NCBI GenBank assembly: GCA_964291265.2
Contig: OZ219747.1
Location: 2,496,001 to 2,560,000 of the forward strand
Length of the DNA stretch: 64,000 nucleotides
Direction of reading: 5' to 3'
Origin: Alphaproteobacteria bacterium
Lineage (GTDB): Bacteria > Pseudomonadota > Alphaproteobacteria > SP197
Shown here: positions 1 through 9,864 of the stretch, piece by piece
Layout: each line of letters opens with the position of its first letter
Position numbering within the stretch: position 1 is the first letter of the stretch
Made by a program: the position numbers and the translations under genes
Notes under the pieces: model-generated
Seen by the model: the letters and a program-made list of their open reading frames with translations, nothing else
Databases searched by the model: none
What the model was told of the DNA's origin: nothing

Positions 1-758
1 AGGACACCTCTCCCGTCGCCCTTGACCGCGGTGGGCGCGTTGTCGGTCGTCAGACCTCCATCCGGTCTCACACCCTGGCCACCGCCGACGAGATCGCAGA
101 GGCGGCGCACGGTCACATGACAAGGAGTGTCGTCGGCACAGGCCCTTTCTGCGTCCGGCGCGCGTGCGCCAGAGATCCCCGATGAGTCTTCCGGATCCCG
201 TTTCAGATTGGCCAGTTCAACGTGACAGCCGAAATGATGGCGACGCGGAAAGTTGGGTTGTCCATTGCGTGCGCCTCCGTCGGCCGGACAATCGTGAGAC
301 GCAACAAGGCGTCAAGGCCGGCGATCAGGGCACGGGGAACGATCGGCTTGACTGGCATTGTCGCGTATGGCCCATGGCGAGGACGTGATTCGGGTCGGAG
401 GAGGCTCGGAGCGGGTCTCTCCGCGATTCCACATGGATCGGCATGTCCGCTCCGGAAGGTCGCAGGGATGATCGGTTTGCCCGAGCGCCTGCTTCTTCGC
501 CGGAATCGAGAAGACGACGATGTCTGCGAGAACAAACGCGAGCGCGACGAAGAGGCATTCGTCTGTGCTCCTCGGTTTTGTCGAGTGCCGCGGGGAATCC
601 CTGTATTTGCAAACGAAGGCGAGCAATGTCTGCAGGAAGTAGAAGGAACGGGGGGATCCAGAGCGGGATTGCAGAGATACCGCATCCGGGGCCGAGAGAC
701 AGCCTTGATTCCCGTTACGGCCGACCGATAGTGTCATTCACCACACCGGGGCACAGTC

Positions 759-1912
759 ATGCCGCTTCTTCACTTCCCCCGCCACGAATTCGATCGCCGT
801 CTCGCCAGGGCCGTGCCGCCATCGAGCGTCAAGGGCTTGATGGTCTGGTGCTGTTTCGCCAGGACAGCATGTACTATCTCACCGGCTATGACACGAGCGG
901 CTACTCCATGTTCCAGGGCATGTACCTCGGAACGGACGGTGCACTGGCACTGCTGACACGTTCGGCGGACCGAATCCAGTCCCGCGAAACGTCCATCGTC
1001 GAGGACATTCGCATCTGGCAGGATCGCGAGGATGCATCGCCTGGCGACGATCTGAGAGACATGCTCGAGGACCACGGGTGCCGTGGAAGGCGTCTCGGCG
1101 TCGAGTATCACGCCTACGGTCTCACCGGACAGCGCGCGAAGATGGTCGATGCTGCGCTCGACGGATTCTGCCAGACTATCGATGCTTCCGATCTCGTCCG
1201 CCTGCTCCGGCTCTTCAAGAGCGAGGCGGAACTCGCCTACGTGCGCAAGGCAGGATCGCTGTGCGACCGGATTCTTGATGTCAGCATGAAGCGCACAGTC
1301 CCGGGCGCCTCCGTGAAAGCGGTCTACGGGGCGATGATGCAGGCGTTGATGGAGGGTGGTGGCGATCCGACCGCTGGCCGCTGGCCCATGGGTGCCGGCG
1401 AGGCGGCCGTGTTCTGCCGCTATCACACCGGCGACGAGATCGTGGCAGAGCAGGATCAGGTCGTGTTCGAACCGGCTGCAGCCTTCCGCCACTACCACGC
1501 GGCCATGATGTACAACATTCTTGCCGGAACCCCGGATCACCGCCATGTGAGCATGAACCGCGCATGCGCCGATGCCATCGATGCCTGCCTGGAGACTCTG
1601 CGCCCGGGAAGGACGGTTGGCGACGTGTTCGACGCACACGCAACGACACTGGGCAAGGCCGGATTCGGCCATGCCCTGCTTGCTGCCTGCGGCTACACGA
1701 TGGGGGCGATGTATCCCCCGACATGGATGGACTGGCCGATGGTGTGGGCCGGGAATCCGCAGGTTCTGGAGCCCGGCATGGTGTTTTTCCTTCACATGAT
1801 CCTGCTCGACGACTCCACCGGACTGAGCATGTGCATCGGTGAGACCGCGATCGTGACCAAGGGCGAATGCGAACGCGTCAACCATGTCCCCCGGGAGCCT
1901 ATCGTCAACTGA
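759..1912 (+). pseudogene. M24 family Xaa-Pro peptidase / ectoine hydrolase-like protein with one frameshift near 812
   Basis: N-terminus MPLLHFPRHEFDRRLARA (ORF 759) continues in another frame as RAAIERQGLDGLVLFRQDSMYYLTGYD...KSEAELAYVRKA...LEPGMVFFLH...IGETAIVT. One missing base restores the frame, so this may be a sequencing error. Confidence 0.8.
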
Positions 1913-2126
1913 CACGGCATCGTCCCACCGTGCTTCCTGCGAAGAAAACGGGAAGGCTGATCGCAGGAGAGTCTTCGGGCGCCACGACAGCAGGCCTGCT
2001 GAGGGACCCGAAGTGGGCGGTGCACATGGAGATGGCATTGCTGCCGGAGGCGACGGGACGTGTGTACCGCATCAGACGTCGAGGAAGGCCGGGCGTCGCT
2101 TCCGTCCGCAACTGGATGCTCAACGG

Positions 2127-2732
2127 ATGACCGTCGGCGCCGGTCATCATGGCCCCCGGATCCGTTCGGCGCTGGAGCAGGACTTCGCCGACATTGCCTG
2201 GATCTATGCCTGGCACGTGTTGAATGGAACGGCATCGTTGGAAATCGATCCACCGGATGCCGGGGACATGATCGCGCGCTGGCGGGCAATCCGCGCACGT
2301 GGTCTCCCCTGGCTCGTTGCCGAAACGGCCGGCGCCATCACGGGATACGCGTGTGCCTCGCCCTGGCGGTCGCGGTCTGCCTACCGCCATTCGGTAGAGA
2401 ATTCGGTCTACGTGCGTCACGGGTACGACAGACGGGGAACGGGACACCTGCTGATGGAATCACTGATTCGGCAGTGCGCGGCCCTCGGATACAGGCAGAT
2501 GGTCGCTGTCATCGGGGGTTCCGCCAACCGGGCCTCTGTCGGCTTTCACGAACGGCTCGGCTTCCGTCATGTCGGTGTCCTGGAATCTGTCGGCCACAAG
2601 TTCGATCGCTGGGTGGATACGGTTCTCATGCAGCGTGCCCTTGGCGAGGGTGATGCATCGCCCCCCGGATCTCCCGATCTGCCGGGAGACTCCGATAGGC
2701 AGGAGGCCCGGTTGCGCCGCTGCGACGGCTGA
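2127..2732 (+). CDS. GNAT N-acetyltransferase, phosphinothricin acetyltransferase (YncA/Pat)-like
   Basis: Motifs GTASLEIDPP, GYACASPWRSRSAYRHSVENSVYV, N.AS..FHERLGF..VG, VGHKFDRWVD. Start placed at ATG 2127. Confidence 0.9.
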   Translation: MTVGAGHHGPRIRSALEQDFADIAWIYAWHVLNGTASLEIDPPDAGDMIARWRAIRARGLPWLVAETAGAITGYACASPWRSRSAYRHSVENSVYVRHGYDRRGTGHLLMESLIRQCAALGYRQMVAVIGGSANRASVGFHERLGFRHVGVLESVGHKFDRWVDTVLMQRALGEGDASPPGSPDLPGDSDRQEARLRRCDG

Positions 2733-2806
2733 ATGGACCGGTGATGCATGTCACGTCACGGTGATGGTATGGTGATCGGCGCTTCGACCGGAAATGGGAC
2801 ACAGTC

Positions 2807-4192
2807 ATGGAGAACTTTGAAAGCCAGAACCTGACCGACGAGATCCTGGCACTCGATGCCCATCTGGTTCATTCCTTCGCCAATCTCGACGGATTGAAGG
2901 CCGAGGGAGCACGCACCGTCATCGCCGAGGCAGACGGCGCCTTTGTCTATGATGCGGATGGCAACCGAATGCTGGACGGCATTGGCGGCCTGTGGTGCGT
3001 CAATGTCGGTCACGGGCGCCGCGAAATCATCGATGCGGTCGCCGCGCAGTTGCGCAAGCTCGATTACTATTCGACCTTCTACAACCTCACCCATCCCGAA
3101 GGTGCACGCCTCTCCCACAAGGTGGCCTCGTTGGCTCCGGGTTCGCTCAACCATGTCTATTTCGGCAATTCCGGCTCGGTGGCCAATGACAGCGCCGTGC
3201 GCATCCTCCACCACTACTTCAACCGACTCGGCGAGCCCTCGAGACGGATTATCCTCTCGAGGATCGGCGCCTACCATGGCTCGACGCACCTTTCGGTCGC
3301 CCTGACGACCCCGGCCTATCGAGCGGACTGGAATTCGGCCGAGGATCTCGTGCACCACCTCTCGTCGCCCTATCCCTACAGGCGGCCCGACGGCATGACG
3401 ATCGACGAATTCTCGGACTTTCTCATCCAGGAGATGGTCGAAGCCATCGAGAGGATGGGCGCCGAGAATATCGCCGGCTTCATTGCCGAACCGATCATGG
3501 GGGCCGGAGGCGTCATCGTGCCGCCCGACGGCTACCACAGGCGGACCAGGGAGGTATGCTCGACCTACGGCATCAAGTACATCTCCGACGAGGTGGTCAC
3601 AGCCTTCGGACGTCTCGGTCACTTTTTCTCGTCACGGGATGTGTTCGGCATCGAACCCGACATCATCACCTCGGCGAAAGGACTCACCTCGGGTTATCAG
3701 CCGCTCTCGGCGACGATCCTCTCGGAGGAGATCTACGATGTCATTGCCGCACCGGGAGCGATGTTCCTTCACGGCATGACCTATTCGAGTCACCCCGCCG
3801 CCTGCGCGGCCGCCCTGGCGAACATCGCCATCATGGAGAACGAGGACCTGTGCGGGCATGTCCGGACCACAGGACCGTTGTTCGAGGCAGCGCTCCATCG
3901 TCTTGGAGATCTCGATGCCGTGGGCGAGGTTCGGGGGAGCCACTTCATGCAGGGTATCGAGTTCGTCCGCGACCAGGCCACCGGAGAACTCCATGACGCG
4001 GAAGTGGATTTTGGCGGGCGCGTGGCACGCCATGCGCAGAGACGCGGACTCATCGTCAGACCTCTGGGCCACATGGCGGTGCTGTCACCTCCGCTCATCA
4101 TCGGAGAAAGGGAAATCGGCATCATCGAGGATGTCCTGCGCAAGAGCATCAAGGCAGCACTCGACGACATCGCGGCAATGGGTCAGGCCTGA
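2807..4192 (+). CDS. Class III PLP aminotransferase (omega-amine/putrescine type)
   Basis: LDGIGGLWCVNVGHGR, AFIAEPIMGAGGV-like segment, SDEVVTAFGRLG, PDIITSAKGLTSGY, HGMTYSSHP. Confidence 0.93.
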   Translation: MENFESQNLTDEILALDAHLVHSFANLDGLKAEGARTVIAEADGAFVYDADGNRMLDGIGGLWCVNVGHGRREIIDAVAAQLRKLDYYSTFYNLTHPEGARLSHKVASLAPGSLNHVYFGNSGSVANDSAVRILHHYFNRLGEPSRRIILSRIGAYHGSTHLSVALTTPAYRADWNSAEDLVHHLSSPYPYRRPDGMTIDEFSDFLIQEMVEAIERMGAENIAGFIAEPIMGAGGVIVPPDGYHRRTREVCSTYGIKYISDEVVTAFGRLGHFFSSRDVFGIEPDIITSAKGLTSGYQPLSATILSEEIYDVIAAPGAMFLHGMTYSSHPAACAAALANIAIMENEDLCGHVRTTGPLFEAALHRLGDLDAVGEVRGSHFMQGIEFVRDQATGELHDAEVDFGGRVARHAQRRGLIVRPLGHMAVLSPPLIIGEREIGIIEDVLRKSIKAALDDIAAMGQA

Positions 4193-4530
4193 TCGGGTCA
4201 GTCCCTCGGCACTTCTTCGGCACGAGCGCATCGGACAGTCGAGCACAATCGCCTAGTGCGCCATGTGTGAGGACTCACCGCCCCGCCCGCCGTTTGCACC
4301 CCGCAGCGAATTCTGTTGCGTTGACCGGGCGACAAGGCAGATCGGCTGCCGGCCGATCAGGTCTCGCCAGGCACTGCGACGTGGCGCGGTCCCTTGACGA
4401 TGACGCCGTGGAACCCCAGAGTGTGGTGCCCCTCCACCGGCCGGTCCAGGCGTCAGTCGGCCCTGGATTGTGGCCGCCGTCGATCAGGTCTAGATTGACA
4501 CGTCCAACGACACCGGCAAGAGAGTGATCC

Positions 4531-5010
4531 ATGAAGGGCAACCCTGAGGTCATCGGATTTCTGAACAGTGTTCTGAAGAACGAACTCACTGCGATCAATC
4601 AGTATTTTCTCCATTCGCGCATTCTCAAGGACTGGGGGGTGACCCGTCTGGCTGAACACAACTACCGGGAATCCCTGGAGGAAATGCAGCATGCCGACAG
4701 TCTGATCGAGCGTGTTCTCTTCCTCGAGGGCCTGCCCAATCTCCAGGAACTCGGCAAGCTGATGATCGGCGAGGACGTGAAGGAGATCCTCGAGTGCGAT
4801 CTCAGGCTCGAGTACGCCGCAGTGCCCGTGCTGCGTGACGGGATCGTCTGCTGCGAGAGCAACAGCGACTTCGTCAGCCGCAACCTGCTGCGCGACATCC
4901 TGATGGCCGAGGAAGAGCATGTCGACTGGCTCGAAACGCAACTCGGCCTCATCGAGAAAACCGGACTCGAGAACTACATCCAGCTGCAGAGTCAGCCTGC
5001 CGCCGGTTGA
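4531..5010 (+). CDS. bfr: Bacterioferritin
   Basis: MKGNPEVIGFLNSVLKNELTAINQYFLHSR...EEMQHADSLIERVLFLEGLPNLQ...EEEHVDWLETQL; ferroxidase residues and haem Met present. Confidence 0.97.
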   Translation: MKGNPEVIGFLNSVLKNELTAINQYFLHSRILKDWGVTRLAEHNYRESLEEMQHADSLIERVLFLEGLPNLQELGKLMIGEDVKEILECDLRLEYAAVPVLRDGIVCCESNSDFVSRNLLRDILMAEEEHVDWLETQLGLIEKTGLENYIQLQSQPAAG

Positions 5011-5011
5011 G

Positions 5012-5221
5012 TCATCCATCCAGGGGGCGTGGTTCCATGTGCCGTCGAGCCGGGTGACTGCCGTGGAAGAGGTCGATGAGCGCCTGGGCATCCTTCAGAC
5101 ACTGCCCGCACCGGGGGCCGGAGCCAAGCATGACATAGGCCTCGCGGGCGCAGTGAACGCCCGATTGCGCCATGCCGGCAATGTCGCATTCACGATAGGC
5201 GTTGCAGACGCAGATGAACAT
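5012..5221 (-). CDS. bfd: Bacterioferritin-associated [2Fe-2S] ferredoxin
   Basis: MFICVCNAY...GPRCGQC (CxC...CxxC), adjacent to bfr. Confidence 0.88.
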   Translation of the reverse strand: MFICVCNAYRECDIAGMAQSGVHCAREAYVMLGSGPRCGQCLKDAQALIDLFHGSHPARRHMEPRPLDG

Positions 5222-5249
5222 CGTGTGCCTCACCCCCGGGGACAGGTGG

Positions 5250-5283
5250 GATATGCTGACTGCAACTGCAAATGATTGTCAAT
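5250..5283 (-). promoter_or_regulatory. Putative sigma70 promoter of bfd overlapped by a Fur/RirA-like iron box
   Basis: Minus strand reads TTGACAATCATTTGCAGTTGCAGTCAGCATAT: a perfect -35 within an AT-rich TGCAAATGATTGTCAAT element, upstream of a gene that is typically iron-regulated. Confidence 0.5.
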
Positions 5284-5329
5284 CCCGAAATCGACTCTGG
5301 CCGGTCACTCATCGGCGAAGGGTGCGTCG

Positions 5330-5790
5330 AGGGGCCTTTCGATGGATTTCGGCGACATCGGCTTCGGGACAGGCCGGCAGGATCCGGTGACGCGTGCCGC
5401 CTTCCTCGGGAGGATGGCACATTGCGGCAACGGCCGTTCGTGCGGCAGGGCGAAGGGGATGACCGCAGGCACCGGTGCTTGATGGCCGCAAGGGCGATTG
5501 ACTTGCATGCCTGTTTCACGGCGAGGTCACAGCAACGGCCCCACACCGCTCGTTCCGCCCTGCCAGACGCGACCCGCGGTGCGAATCACGCGACGGCCGG
5601 GCAGATGCCAGCTGCCGGTCAGTTTGGCATGAGCGGTCTTGCAAAGCCCGTGCGGCGCTCCCTGAGCAGCCTGGGTCCTGCGGCCCGGTGATTGCCGCGG
5701 TCGACGCCACCGCCGCCGGGCAGCGCACGGTTGGCGATGGCATCGAAGGCGCGTGTGGTGATGTCGCCTTCGAACACCTCGATTAGCAAG
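5330..5790 (-). pseudogene. Decayed macrodomain (YmdB-like ADP-ribose hydrolase)
   Basis: Collinear fragments in shifting frames: IEVFEGDITTRAFDAIAN..LPGGGGVD..HRAAGPRLL; HLPGRRVIRTAGRVWQGG; DLAVKQACKSIALAAI; STGACGHPLRPAARTAVAA. Boundaries approximate. Confidence 0.8.
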
Positions 5791-6066
5791 CCGGGGGAGG
5801 CACAGCGGCTCGCCTGCGGAGGAGATCCTGGAAACGCTGCAGTCCGATCGCCATCAAGGGAGAGGCGAAGCGGTGTTCCGCCAACCCCTGTCGGTGCATG
5901 GCATGGCGCCAGGAGTGATCTCTCCACCTCCGGCATGCGCGACTGCCCATTGCGCCTTGACGGGATGCGTGGTTCGGCACTCCGGGAAGGGAGTGTGAGG
6001 ACATCGAGGAGCGGGTGCACCGGCAGTCCCTTGCCGGATCGTGAGTCGTGGCTGTAATGTCGGCTC

Positions 6067-7257
6067 ATGACACGCACGGACGCCATCAGGCTCCATCTCA
6101 GTGATTCGCGAGCGCGGGGCAGAGTCTATGATGAGCCCCAGGCGCGCGTGTTGTCTCGGACGACACGCCGTGCCGCAAGACAGGTGATTGCGCGCTGGCC
6201 GGACTATGCTCCCACACCGCTTGTCGATCTCCCCGGACTCGCCTCGCGCCTCGGCGTTGGCGGTCTCAGGATCAAGTGCGAAGGCCACCGTTTCGGTCTT
6301 GGAAGCTTCAAGGCCTTGGGCGGCGCCTACGGCGTGCTGCGGGTGCTGGCTCGGGAAACCGCTCGCACCATGGACGACATCATGGCCGGACGCGCCAGGG
6401 ACGCCGTTGCCGACGTCACGGTGTGCTGCGCCACGGACGGCAATCACGGACGGGCTGTGGCGTGGGGAGCAGGACTGGCGGGCGCCCGTTGCGTCGTCTA
6501 CCTCCATGACCATGTCAGTCAGGGTCGCGAAGACGCGATTGCGGCCTACGGCGCCGACATCATGCGCGTCAGGGGAACCTATGACGACTCGGTCCTGAAG
6601 GCTGCGGAGGATGCCGGGAGTCTCGGCCGGATCGTCCTCTCCGATACGTCATGGCCCGGTTACGAGGACATTCCCTCGTGGGTAATGCAAGGCTACACGG
6701 TGCTCACGGACGAGGCGATGGAGCAGATGGCCGGACGCCGGCCGAGCCACGTCTTCATCCAGGCAGGTGTCGGCGGGCTGGCAGCAGCGGTGGCCGGGCC
6801 CATGTGGGAGGAATGGGGGAGCGCGCGGCCCCTGACGGTGGTTGTCGAACCCCACGAAGCCGACTGCGTCTATCAGAGCGCCGTTCACGGCCGCCCGACG
6901 GAGGGAACGGGGTCTCTCGACACCGTCATGGCCTGCCTTTCTGCGGGAACGATGTCGCCGCTCGCCTGGGACATCCTGAAATACGGGGCCGACGCCTGCA
7001 TCACCATTGCCGACCGGTATTCCCCGCAAGCGATGGTGATGCTTGCGAACGACGCCGACGTGCCGCTTGTTGCAGGCGAGTCGGGCGCTGCCGGCCTGGC
7101 CGGCCTGGTGGCTGCGCTGCAGGAGAGCGATGTGCACCAGGCGCTGGGTCTTGATCGTGCGAGCGATGTCCTTCTGGTCGCCAGTGAGGGAGCGACGGAC
7201 CCTGGGATCTACACGAGGATTGTCGGACGGCGTCCGGAGGAGGTGTCGGATGGTTGA
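6067..7257 (+). CDS. Diaminopropionate ammonia-lyase (PLP, fold type II)
   Basis: YAPTPLVDL, RFGLGSFKALGGAY, CATDGNHGRAVAWGA, SDTSWPGYEDIP..VMQGY, HVFIQAGVGGLAA, GESGAAG, SEGATDP. Confidence 0.93.
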   Translation: MTRTDAIRLHLSDSRARGRVYDEPQARVLSRTTRRAARQVIARWPDYAPTPLVDLPGLASRLGVGGLRIKCEGHRFGLGSFKALGGAYGVLRVLARETARTMDDIMAGRARDAVADVTVCCATDGNHGRAVAWGAGLAGARCVVYLHDHVSQGREDAIAAYGADIMRVRGTYDDSVLKAAEDAGSLGRIVLSDTSWPGYEDIPSWVMQGYTVLTDEAMEQMAGRRPSHVFIQAGVGGLAAAVAGPMWEEWGSARPLTVVVEPHEADCVYQSAVHGRPTEGTGSLDTVMACLSAGTMSPLAWDILKYGADACITIADRYSPQAMVMLANDADVPLVAGESGAAGLAGLVAALQESDVHQALGLDRASDVLLVASEGATDPGIYTRIVGRRPEEVSDG

Positions 7258-7744
7258 CGGCAGGATCCGCTCATGTCTGACGGTGGTTCTGACACTCCTT
7301 GTCGCGACACCGGCCACGGGAGACGATCCCGCGATCATGGAGGCGCAGCAGGTCCTCCAGGTCATGGGCTACGATCCCGGTCCCGTCGATGGCGCCATGG
7401 GGGAGAACACCCGGCGTGCCGTGAAAGCGTTTCAGGGGGAGTTCGGCCTTGCTGTCGACGGCAGGATCGATGACGCGCTGCTCACGAGGCTTCGCGCCGA
7501 GTCTGTCCTCGATGCGGCGTCGCCGGAGAGGCGGCTGGCTCGCAGGGGGGTGCTGCGCAGCTATACGCGGGCGGTGCAGGATGGCCTCCATGATCTCGGG
7601 TTCAATCCTGGTCCCGTCGACGGGATTGTCGGTCCCTTGACGAGGAAGGCCGTGCGCGCCTTTGAGGCTGCGGCGAACGTGGATGTGACGGGGACGATCT
7701 CTCCGCAGCTCCTCCAGGCCATCAACGATGCGAGGGGCCTGTGA
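7250..7744 (+). CDS. Secreted protein with two peptidoglycan-binding (PG_binding_1) domains
   Basis: Signal-like N-terminus, then two repeats Q..L..(M/L)G(Y/F).PGPVDG..G..TR.AV.AF. Confidence 0.85.
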   Translation: MVDGRIRSCLTVVLTLLVATPATGDDPAIMEAQQVLQVMGYDPGPVDGAMGENTRRAVKAFQGEFGLAVDGRIDDALLTRLRAESVLDAASPERRLARRGVLRSYTRAVQDGLHDLGFNPGPVDGIVGPLTRKAVRAFEAAANVDVTGTISPQLLQAINDARGL

Positions 7745-8409
7745 CCTCCTCCTTCTACCCGGGTCTCTCTGCGGCGGACCGGGATGACCGGCTCCATGCA
7801 CCGGCGGCGGAGCGCAACTGCGGGCCCATCCTCGAAGTCCTCCAACGCTACTGCGCCAGCGGCACACAGGTGCTGGAAGTCGCCAGCGGTCCGGGTCAGC
7901 ACGTCGCCCGCTTCGCCACGGTCCTTCCTGACGTCCGCTGGCAACCCAGCGACCCGGACGACGCCATGCGGGCAAGCGCGTCCGCGTGGACAGATTCGCT
8001 GCCCAATGTCGCGCCTCCTCGTGCCCTCGATGTCCTTGACGAGACGTGGTGGGAGCAGCTTGACGGGGAGTTCGGTCTTGTCCTCTGCATCAACATGCTT
8101 CACTGCACGGAACGCGCCACGATTGAGGGGCTCGCTGCCGGTGCCGGCTGCCTGCTGCCGACCGGCGGCCATCTCCTGATTTACGGCCCCTTCACGTTCA
8201 ATGGCGAGTTTGGCGCCAGGAGCAACAGGAGTTTCGATGCCATGCTGCGCCAGCAGCATCCAGGGTGGGGATTGCGCGATGTCAACGACATTGCGGCCAC
8301 GGCGCACGATCATGGTCTCGAGTTCGAACACGCCATCGCGATGCCATCGAACAACCACATGCTGGTCTTCTCCCGCGGCCGAGTCACCAACCCGGGCAAG
8401 CCGGTATGA
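7741..8409 (+). CDS. DUF938 family SAM-dependent methyltransferase
   Basis: APAAERNCGPIL, VLEVASGPGQH, WQPSD, INMLH, YGPF, SNRSFDAML, WGLRD, MPSNN. Confidence 0.92.
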   Translation: MTSSFYPGLSAADRDDRLHAPAAERNCGPILEVLQRYCASGTQVLEVASGPGQHVARFATVLPDVRWQPSDPDDAMRASASAWTDSLPNVAPPRALDVLDETWWEQLDGEFGLVLCINMLHCTERATIEGLAAGAGCLLPTGGHLLIYGPFTFNGEFGARSNRSFDAMLRQQHPGWGLRDVNDIAATAHDHGLEFEHAIAMPSNNHMLVFSRGRVTNPGKPV

Positions 8410-8609
8410 CACCCGATGACAGGCCGGCGTGCGAGGTTATGGTGCTCTCAAGGGGCCGATGCCGGATCGCTTGAGCGTGGCGAAATTCGAACGTTTCGTT
8501 CCTGACGCGGAGTGCCACGAGGGGTGGCGGGCCGTCGAACAAGAGATGGCCTGGCGCGGGACCAATGACCGTTGCGGCGATGTCCTCTGGCCCGATGTCG
8601 AGGGGTGTT

Positions 8610-8818
8610 GACCAGGATCCAGGGCGCACCACGGTCTGCGGCAGGAAGCCGCGGTCGTCGGAACGAAGTGTGAAGATGACGACATCTTCGAGGAGGGAAT
8701 GGCGATCGGTGTCGAGGCCTTCTTCGGCCTCGCAAGCGCGGGTTTCGAGCAGAACATGCTTGTTGGCGGGACGGGCGCCGAGATCCTGTCGACACGGCCC
8801 ATGATCTGGTGGGACTGA
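8610..8818 (+). pseudogene. C-terminal remnant of an M24-like peptidase
   Basis: Hand translation (not in the ORF track): AHHGLRQEAAVVGTKCEDDDIFEEGMAIGVEAFFGLASAGFEQNMLVGGTGAEILSTRPMIWWD*, which resembles the M24 C-terminal pattern. Confidence 0.5.
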
Positions 8819-8828
8819 TCCGCCTCCG

Positions 8829-9860
8829 TCACGGTTCCTCACCGACATCGCGCCGCACCAGATCCTGGAACGCTGCGGTATGGCACTCCATGACGGGGGA
8901 AAGAACCCCTTCCGTGAAGGAGTGCGCCTCCAGATTGTGCTGAACCGATTCGCAGATGGCGAGGTCCTCCTCGACGATGGTTCTTGCCCAGGCGAAGCTG
9001 TCGGCGATGTCGTCCCCGCTCATGGCAGGATCGTACCATGCCCAGTTGATGGAGCGCAGGCCCGAGGGGCCTGCCGGTTCGATCCGCTCGACCTTGAATC
9101 CGGTGGCGCCCAGGACGCCCTGGAAACCGGGATAGCGCCAGAACCAGATGCCGTCACCACCCCGCAGGCTGGCGCCGTCCCCCCGATAGGTGACGTGAAA
9201 GACGACCAGGCGATGATCATCGTAGCTGCGGATGGTGACCGCCCGTGCATCGAGTGATTGCGCAAGGCGTTCGTGAACGAAGGAAAGGTGGTAGCCCTCC
9301 AGGGTGTTGTCGCAGTAGGTCTTCCAGTTGGCATGGCCCTCCACCGTGAAGTCTCCCCGGTATGTGAAGGCGGTCGTTTGCGGCCATGGTTCCGCGAGGG
9401 AGGGAAGGGAGCCCAGCCAGGCGCAGAGCGGCGGTGTGGCCGGGTCGATGGCGATGAAGAGACATCCCCGCCAGGTGGCCACGCGGACCGGCCGCAGAGT
9501 CATGGCGTCCTTGTCCAGCTTCTCACCGAACCGCGGAGCCAGGGCGAGAGTGCCGTCGAGCTCATAGGTCCAGCCGTGGTAGGGACAGACAAGCCGTGCC
9601 GGACAGGAGCCGGCGCCTTCGGGCATGAGGGCGGCGGCGCGGTGGCGGCAGTGGTTGTGGAAGGCACGCAGGTTCCCGTCGCCGTCTTTCAGCACGACAA
9701 CGGGCCAGCCGTTCACCTCGCGCGCCGCCCAGGTTGCCGGGCGCGCCACCTCATGTTCGGGCCCGAAGAGGGCCCAGTTGCGGGCAAAGATGCTGTCGCG
9801 TTCCCGGCGCGCCATCGTCGCTGACGTGTACCAGGAGGCGGGAAGTGTCGACTGCGCCAT
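8829..9860 (-). CDS. Rieske ring-hydroxylating oxygenase alpha subunit (choline monooxygenase/CntA-like)
   Basis: TLPASWY, NHCRHRA...CPYHGWTY Rieske motif, NWKTYCDNTLEGYH..FVH, EEDLAICESVQHNL. Confidence 0.92.
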   Translation of the reverse strand: MAQSTLPASWYTSATMARRERDSIFARNWALFGPEHEVARPATWAAREVNGWPVVVLKDGDGNLRAFHNHCRHRAAALMPEGAGSCPARLVCPYHGWTYELDGTLALAPRFGEKLDKDAMTLRPVRVATWRGCLFIAIDPATPPLCAWLGSLPSLAEPWPQTTAFTYRGDFTVEGHANWKTYCDNTLEGYHLSFVHERLAQSLDARAVTIRSYDDHRLVVFHVTYRGDGASLRGGDGIWFWRYPGFQGVLGATGFKVERIEPAGPSGLRSINWAWYDPAMSGDDIADSFAWARTIVEEDLAICESVQHNLEAHSFTEGVLSPVMECHTAAFQDLVRRDVGEEP

Positions 9861-9864
9861 GGCT

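Noticed and set aside
1-740. Overlapping short ORFs with a few hydrophobic stretches
   Set aside because: No recognisable family; possibly a decayed membrane-protein gene, but unsupported.
1935-2130. Possible LysR C-terminal remnant (…GRVYRIRRRGRPGVASVRNWML)
   Set aside because: Similarity is too weak to call without a search.
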